DNA of 32,413 bases from a virus (Duplodnaviria; Caudoviricetes): positions 1 to 32,413 of IMG/VR virus record IMGVR_UViG_3300032330_000878. One strand, given 5' to 3'. A program made the position numbers and the translations under genes. Of the stretch, positions 28,759 through 32,413 are shown piece by piece. The notes under the pieces were generated by a model. That model had not been told where the DNA came from. It did no database searches and worked only from the letters and a program-made list of their open reading frames with translations. Each line of letters starts with the position of its first letter. Position 1 is the first letter of the stretch.

Positions 28759-29394
28759 TTAAACAATTTCGTATCCTTCTAAAAAATATTTGTTTGCGTT
28801 TTTGTATTTAACTTCTACCATTTCACCTTCTTTTGATTTCATTACAATTTTGTCATTTCTACCATAATTAACTTTTTTAATAACAGTAGTAGTATAAACT
28901 CTATCTTTAATTGTAAATCCGTCTAAATGGTCAATTTCATGTTGAACTATAACCGTCATCATAGTTTCTTTTGATATAGATTCATTTGCTTTATCTCCTT
29001 CTGGATTAATTTCAAATGTTAATTCACCCAAATTATCTGTATCAATCACAATTTTACATGCTCTAATTGTCCTAACTGGTTTTGTAAGTGTTGATGGTAT
29101 TGAAAGACATCCTTCATAAAAAAGAAATCCATCTTTTGATTTTTCTTTAATAATTGGATTTACTAAAAAAAGTTCTTCATCACCAAATTTAATTAAACAT
29201 ACTCTTTTTTTAATACCAATTTGTGTTGCAGAAATTCCCAACCCAGGCCACTTCTCCATTCCTTCTTCCAATTGTTTTCTTAACTCATCCGATTCTTGTT
29301 GAGTTATTTCTGTTTTTAATACCGGGGTTTTAAGATATTCTATAAATTCTTTTGTTTGTAACCCATTTTTATTTTTGTCTACTATTAATTTCAT
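28759..29394 (-). CDS. def: Peptide deformylase
   Basis: Three PDF motifs: GLGISATQIG, EGCLS, QHEIDHLDG. Confidence 0.95.
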   Translation of the reverse strand: MKLIVDKNKNGLQTKEFIEYLKTPVLKTEITQQESDELRKQLEEGMEKWPGLGISATQIGIKKRVCLIKFGDEELFLVNPIIKEKSKDGFLFYEGCLSIPSTLTKPVRTIRACKIVIDTDNLGELTFEINPEGDKANESISKETMMTVIVQHEIDHLDGFTIKDRVYTTTVIKKVNYGRNDKIVMKSKEGEMVEVKYKNANKYFLEGYEIV

Positions 29395-29397
29395 ATT

Positions 29398-29607
29398 TTA
29401 TTTTTTTAATCCGTATTTAATCCATTTATACCATATTCTTTCGTGAATATAATATTGAATAGGTTTGTAAATCAATTCTGCTACCCCAAATGCTGCTCCA
29501 ACTTTAATTGAACCACTTATCAACCACATTAATAAAAACCCAACCAATGTGCTTATAATTCTATATGATATAGTTTTAACTATATGTCTCTTACGTTCTA
29601 CTATCAT
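29398..29607 (-). CDS. DUF2061-like small membrane protein
   Basis: RHIVKTISYRIIST ... YYIHERIW. Confidence 0.8.
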   Translation of the reverse strand: MIVERKRHIVKTISYRIISTLVGFLLMWLISGSIKVGAAFGVAELIYKPIQYYIHERIWYKWIKYGLKK

Positions 29608-29986
29608 CTTCTTTTTCTATATTATAAATAATTACATCACCATTTGAGTCAATGTATTTTTGTCTAATTGCAGTTCCACTAATTTTTTCAATTTCTTTTG
29701 GTGGTTCGTGATAAATTACATCATAACCAACACCTCTTCCATAATTTACACTTTCAATATCTGGAATAATTGATAATAAAATTTTATCAAAATTTTGTGT
29801 AAAGAATGATTCGTTTGATAATTCTTTTAAAACTTCTTGTGCAGTTTTGGGATTGTTTTCATCTTGAGGAACATCTCTAATTGCTACCCAAACATTTTTA
29901 CCTTTTTCTAATTGTTGATTAATTAACCATTCATGTCCTTTGTGCCACGTTTGCCATCTTCCAATGAATAATGCATATTTTTTCAT
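29591..29986 (-). CDS. HxGH nucleotidyltransferase (cytidylyltransferase-like)
   Basis: FIGRWQTWHKGH and ISGTAIR motifs. Confidence 0.85.
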   Translation of the reverse strand: MKKYALFIGRWQTWHKGHEWLINQQLEKGKNVWVAIRDVPQDENNPKTAQEVLKELSNESFFTQNFDKILLSIIPDIESVNYGRGVGYDVIYHEPPKEIEKISGTAIRQKYIDSNGDVIIYNIEKEDDSRT

Positions 29987-30005
29987 AAATTATTGTTTTG
30001 TATTT

Positions 30006-30037
30006 TAAATATACAAAAATAATTTGAATTTACCAAA
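30006..30037 (-). promoter_or_regulatory. Bacteroidota-type housekeeping promoter for the def / sigma / carbamoyltransferase operon
   Basis: Minus strand TTTG-GTAAATTCAAATTATTTTTG(20 nt)-TATATTTA, same architecture as 7006-7037. Confidence 0.75.
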
Positions 30038-30896
30038 TATTTAATTTACTTTTTAATTTTGGTATGAACCTCTCCGCAAAAATAGCATGTCCTTTTAATG
30101 AATAATGATTATCATTACTAATTCCTTCCGATTTGAAAGTTGGTATTTGAGTTTTCCAATCACTTTCTTGCCACGACCATATACCTATTTTTTTAACTAA
30201 TTCGGTTCTTTTTGGAAAATTTATATATTCGGTTGTCCAATTACTTCTGTTATTTAATGTTTTTACAACAACAGATTCATCTCTTTCGTATGGATACATA
30301 TTTGTTATTTCTGATTCAAAATGACTTTCATAAACATTTTCAAATGGAATAAAAGTTATACCTTTTGATTCCAAAAACCCTTTATATTCATACAAATACA
30401 TTAAATATTTTGCAACATAATAATCAAAATCAAAATAATTTAAAATAAATTCTTGACCCAATTTTTCTTCTCTCATTGAAGAATTATAAAAATTAAAACC
30501 ATAATCTGGTTGTGGATTTTTTAATAAATCAATTCTAGTCAATGCTGGTATTTGATAAATAAAAAGACATTTTGTAAAATCAATCTTATCTTCGTTTTCT
30601 ATAATAAAAGAAGATACTTTTCTTAATTGTGCTTCTATTCCTGTTCCAGGTAATGATAAATTGTGAATATTTTTAAATCCCAATGCTTTTCCTATTAAAT
30701 GGGGATGTGCTTTTTCTATTGTAGCAAATTCTGCTTCTTTTATAGTTTTTACATTTGGAAATTCTGCAGAATAAGATGGTGTAGCCCAATTAACTGGTTC
30801 TTTAGTTAAATCAATTTTTTTGTCGTATACTTCTTCATAAAATCCTGTTGGGTATGAATGCGAACAACCCGACCATATTAATGTTTGAAATTTCAT
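30030..30896 (-). CDS. SGNH/GDSL-like hydrolase or acyltransferase
   Basis: Block I-like SGCSHS, block II-like NLSLPGTG, block V-like DNHYSLKGHAIFAE. Confidence 0.6.
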   Translation of the reverse strand: MKFQTLIWSGCSHSYPTGFYEEVYDKKIDLTKEPVNWATPSYSAEFPNVKTIKEAEFATIEKAHPHLIGKALGFKNIHNLSLPGTGIEAQLRKVSSFIIENEDKIDFTKCLFIYQIPALTRIDLLKNPQPDYGFNFYNSSMREEKLGQEFILNYFDFDYYVAKYLMYLYEYKGFLESKGITFIPFENVYESHFESEITNMYPYERDESVVVKTLNNRSNWTTEYINFPKRTELVKKIGIWSWQESDWKTQIPTFKSEGISNDNHYSLKGHAIFAERFIPKLKSKLNIW

Positions 30897-30908
30897 TTTA
30901 TCAAATAA

Positions 30909-32093
30909 TTAATAAGTTTTTACTAAATCATCTTGTTGAGATTTTTTATATTTTAACCAATAATTAATTGCATTTTGGTCATTTATCCATTTTGCTTTAT
31001 CATCCCAATCAAAATCTGATTTTGCATAATATGGTAATAAATTTCTTTTACCAGATGCTCTTTCCGCATGACCTTCTGCAGTCCATTCGTCAATTATCCC
31101 ATCATTATTCGTATCATATCCATCAATTGTTCCATCACCATCCAAGTCAATAGGAATCCTAACAATTGAATTTTCATTTTCTTTGTAATTCTCATTTTCT
31201 TTGTTTTCGTTAATAATTTCACCACCATCCATCATTTCTTTATTGGTATCACCATAAACTTCATAATTTTTATAATTTTCTTGCATTAAATCATCTAAAT
31301 TATCATATAAACCCAATTTTTGGTCATTTTCTATAATTTCACCTAAAAGTTTTTTTTGTTTTCTTTTTTTTTCACCAATCATGCCATTAAATGCAATAAT
31401 TAGAGCGACTGCCAGTGGGTCAAACACTATTACAATCAAAAATATGAAAAATTTTACAACATTTTTCAATTCCATACCAAATGCTTCAGCAACAAACCTA
31501 AATCCACCTACTTCTTTCTCTAAATCTAAATTAGAAATCTTAATTTTATTGATTTCATCATTATTTTTACTATTTTCGGTTTGTAAATCTGCTATTTTTT
31601 TGTTAATTTGAGCACTTTGTTTGTCTTTACTATCAATACTCTTCAATAAACGATTATTTACCTTACCCTTGTCCAAAATTGTGTTTTGTGTTGAGGATAG
31701 TTGTTCCAATTGAGTGTTTAATTGAGTAATTTGAGCCGTATTTTGTTCAATTTTAGTAGAATAAACTAAAATTTCTCTATCTACTTGCTGTAATTTGAGA
31801 TTTTGTTGTTGAAAAGCGTTAGAAAGATAACCAAATATACCGGCAGATGTAATAATCATCAATAATGCAACGGCAGATGTTAAATACCATTTATTAAAAC
31901 CTTGAATATCATCCCATTTTTGTTTTAAATAGGTAGCTGCAACTAATTTAGCAAATTCTAATGAGCCGGCCATTACCATCACTGCGGTTGAGGCACCACT
32001 AAATAAAACACCCAAACCTGTTACGGAGAAAAATGCTGCACATCCGGCTATAATTAGTGCAGAAAATCCGACTAAATATTTAAGCCAATTCAT
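30909..32093 (-). CDS. Multi-pass membrane protein with coiled coil and acidic DxDxDG tail
   Basis: Three N-terminal hydrophobic helices, long coiled coil, FFIFLIVIVFDPLAVALIIAF helix, DLDGDGTIDGYDTNNDGIIDE. Confidence 0.75.
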   Translation of the reverse strand: MNWLKYLVGFSALIIAGCAAFFSVTGLGVLFSGASTAVMVMAGSLEFAKLVAATYLKQKWDDIQGFNKWYLTSAVALLMIITSAGIFGYLSNAFQQQNLKLQQVDREILVYSTKIEQNTAQITQLNTQLEQLSSTQNTILDKGKVNNRLLKSIDSKDKQSAQINKKIADLQTENSKNNDEINKIKISNLDLEKEVGGFRFVAEAFGMELKNVVKFFIFLIVIVFDPLAVALIIAFNGMIGEKKRKQKKLLGEIIENDQKLGLYDNLDDLMQENYKNYEVYGDTNKEMMDGGEIINENKENENYKENENSIVRIPIDLDGDGTIDGYDTNNDGIIDEWTAEGHAERASGKRNLLPYYAKSDFDWDDKAKWINDQNAINYWLKYKKSQQDDLVKTY

Positions 32094-32270
32094 TTATCGA
32101 TTGATTCTAGTTAATTCCGAAATACGCTCTACTATTTTTCTAGCGTCTTCTAATGTTGTATGGCCTTCGGATGGTGACATTTGTTGTGCACCTGTAATTC
32201 CGTTTTGTAAAATCCTTAACTTTCCGTCTAAGGCCTCTAACAATCCTTGTATTTTTTCGTTGTATATCAT
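32094..32270 (-). CDS. Hypothetical protein (58 aa), absent from the ORF track
   Basis: My translation: MIYNEKIQGLLEALDGKLRILQNGITGAQQMSPSEGHTTLEDARKIVERISELTRINR*. Its stop abuts the ATG at 32093. Confidence 0.75.
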   Translation of the reverse strand: MIYNEKIQGLLEALDGKLRILQNGITGAQQMSPSEGHTTLEDARKIVERISELTRINR

Positions 32271-32273
32271 AGT

Positions 32274-32282
32274 AATAAGTAT
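32274..32282 (-). promoter_or_regulatory. Putative late promoter variant ATACTTATT
   Basis: One mismatch to the motif, between a terminator and ATG 32270. Confidence 0.45.
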
Positions 32283-32292
32283 TTATTTGTAT

Positions 32293-32326
32293 AAAAAAAG
32301 GTAGAAGTGACTGAACTCCTACCTTT
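32293..32326 (-). terminator. Intrinsic terminator
   Basis: Minus strand AAGGTAGGAGT-TCAGTC-ACTTCTACCTT then TTTTT. The one non-Watson-Crick position is a G-U pair only on the minus strand. Confidence 0.85.
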
Positions 32327-32358
32327 GTAATATACGAAAAATAACTGAATTAACCAAC
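32327..32358 (-). promoter_or_regulatory. Degenerate Bacteroidota-type promoter
   Basis: GTTG-GTTAATTCAGTTATTTTTCG(20 nt)-TATATTAC, similar to the other two including the spacer. Confidence 0.5.
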
Positions 32359-32413
32359 TTTAGGGGTTAATTTTTTTGGTTTGGACTCTTCTTTTCTTTC
32401 AATGGTAATTAAA
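32350..32413 (-). CDS. C-terminal fragment of a probable Hsp20 / alpha-crystallin small heat-shock protein
   Basis: LITIERKEESKPKKLTPKVG* resembles the sHSP last strand and tail. Only 20 codons are visible. Confidence 0.55.
   Translation of the reverse strand, partial: LITIERKEESKPKKLTPKVG

Noticed and set aside
30900-30912. Late motif upstream of the SGNH-like gene (TTAATTATT)
   Set aside because: Two mismatches in very AT-rich DNA cannot be told apart from chance.
3780-32304. Plus-strand ORFs of the track other than 1809..1994 (e.g. 3908..4258, 7385..7702, 25672..26055, 32101..32304)
   Set aside because: They lie antisense to well-supported minus-strand genes and show shadow-frame composition without motifs. 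32101..32304 is the shadow of the 32094..32270 gene.
1-32413. Stop-codon reassignment
   Set aside because: Code 11 gives full-length, tightly packed genes, and TAG ends genes at 1991 and 5855 at sensible boundaries.
1-32413. tRNA, rRNA, introns, inteins, transposases, integrase
   Set aside because: Intergenic gaps are at most about 100 bp and are explained by promoters or terminators. No such motifs were seen in the proteins.
1-32413. Apparent excess of TCG/ACC/ACG codons before G (CCG/CGG) for such AT-rich DNA, as avoidance of a second restriction motif
   Set aside because: The alternative CAG/CTG contexts are also present, and I could not define a depleted motif without k-mer counting.

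Overview
Strongly AT-rich, densely coded 32.4-kb segment of a large contractile-tailed (myovirus-like) dsDNA phage read with genetic code 11. Almost every gene is on the minus strand. The host is probably Bacteroidota: three TTG-N20-TATATT(T) promoters match the Bacteroidota housekeeping -33/-7 consensus, and I saw no Shine-Dalgarno sites. In transcription order (right to left) the window holds: the end of a probable Hsp20 gene and its terminator; a membrane protein; an SGNH-like protein; a host-promoter operon (HxGH nucleotidyltransferase, DUF2061-like protein, peptide deformylase, gp55-like sigma factor, NodU-type carbamoyltransferase); a long baseplate/tail module (spike, gp25, gp6, DNRLRE-like protein, gp7-like/LamG protein, three tail-collar-like proteins); a T7 endonuclease I-like resolvase; a primase; a single-chain Mre11-Rad50 fusion; a 2OG-Fe(II) oxygenase; an RHH regulator; and a truncated fibre-like gene with 11-aa repeats. 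The most interesting signals are: (1) a candidate late-promoter motif ATA(T/A/C)TTAT(A/T), the reverse complement of the T4 late box, with a candidate cognate sigma factor in the same window; (2) a [S/T]-G-S / [S/T]-[A/S]-S tripeptide concentrated in virion proteins near several tailoring enzymes, suggesting a virion-decoration system; (3) apparent complete GATC avoidance; (4) a peptide deformylase with a cysteine-less SEC-C-like tail; (5) a Cys-rich protein downstream of the spike with a membrane-like extension. All family calls come from motif recognition by eye; no database search was run.
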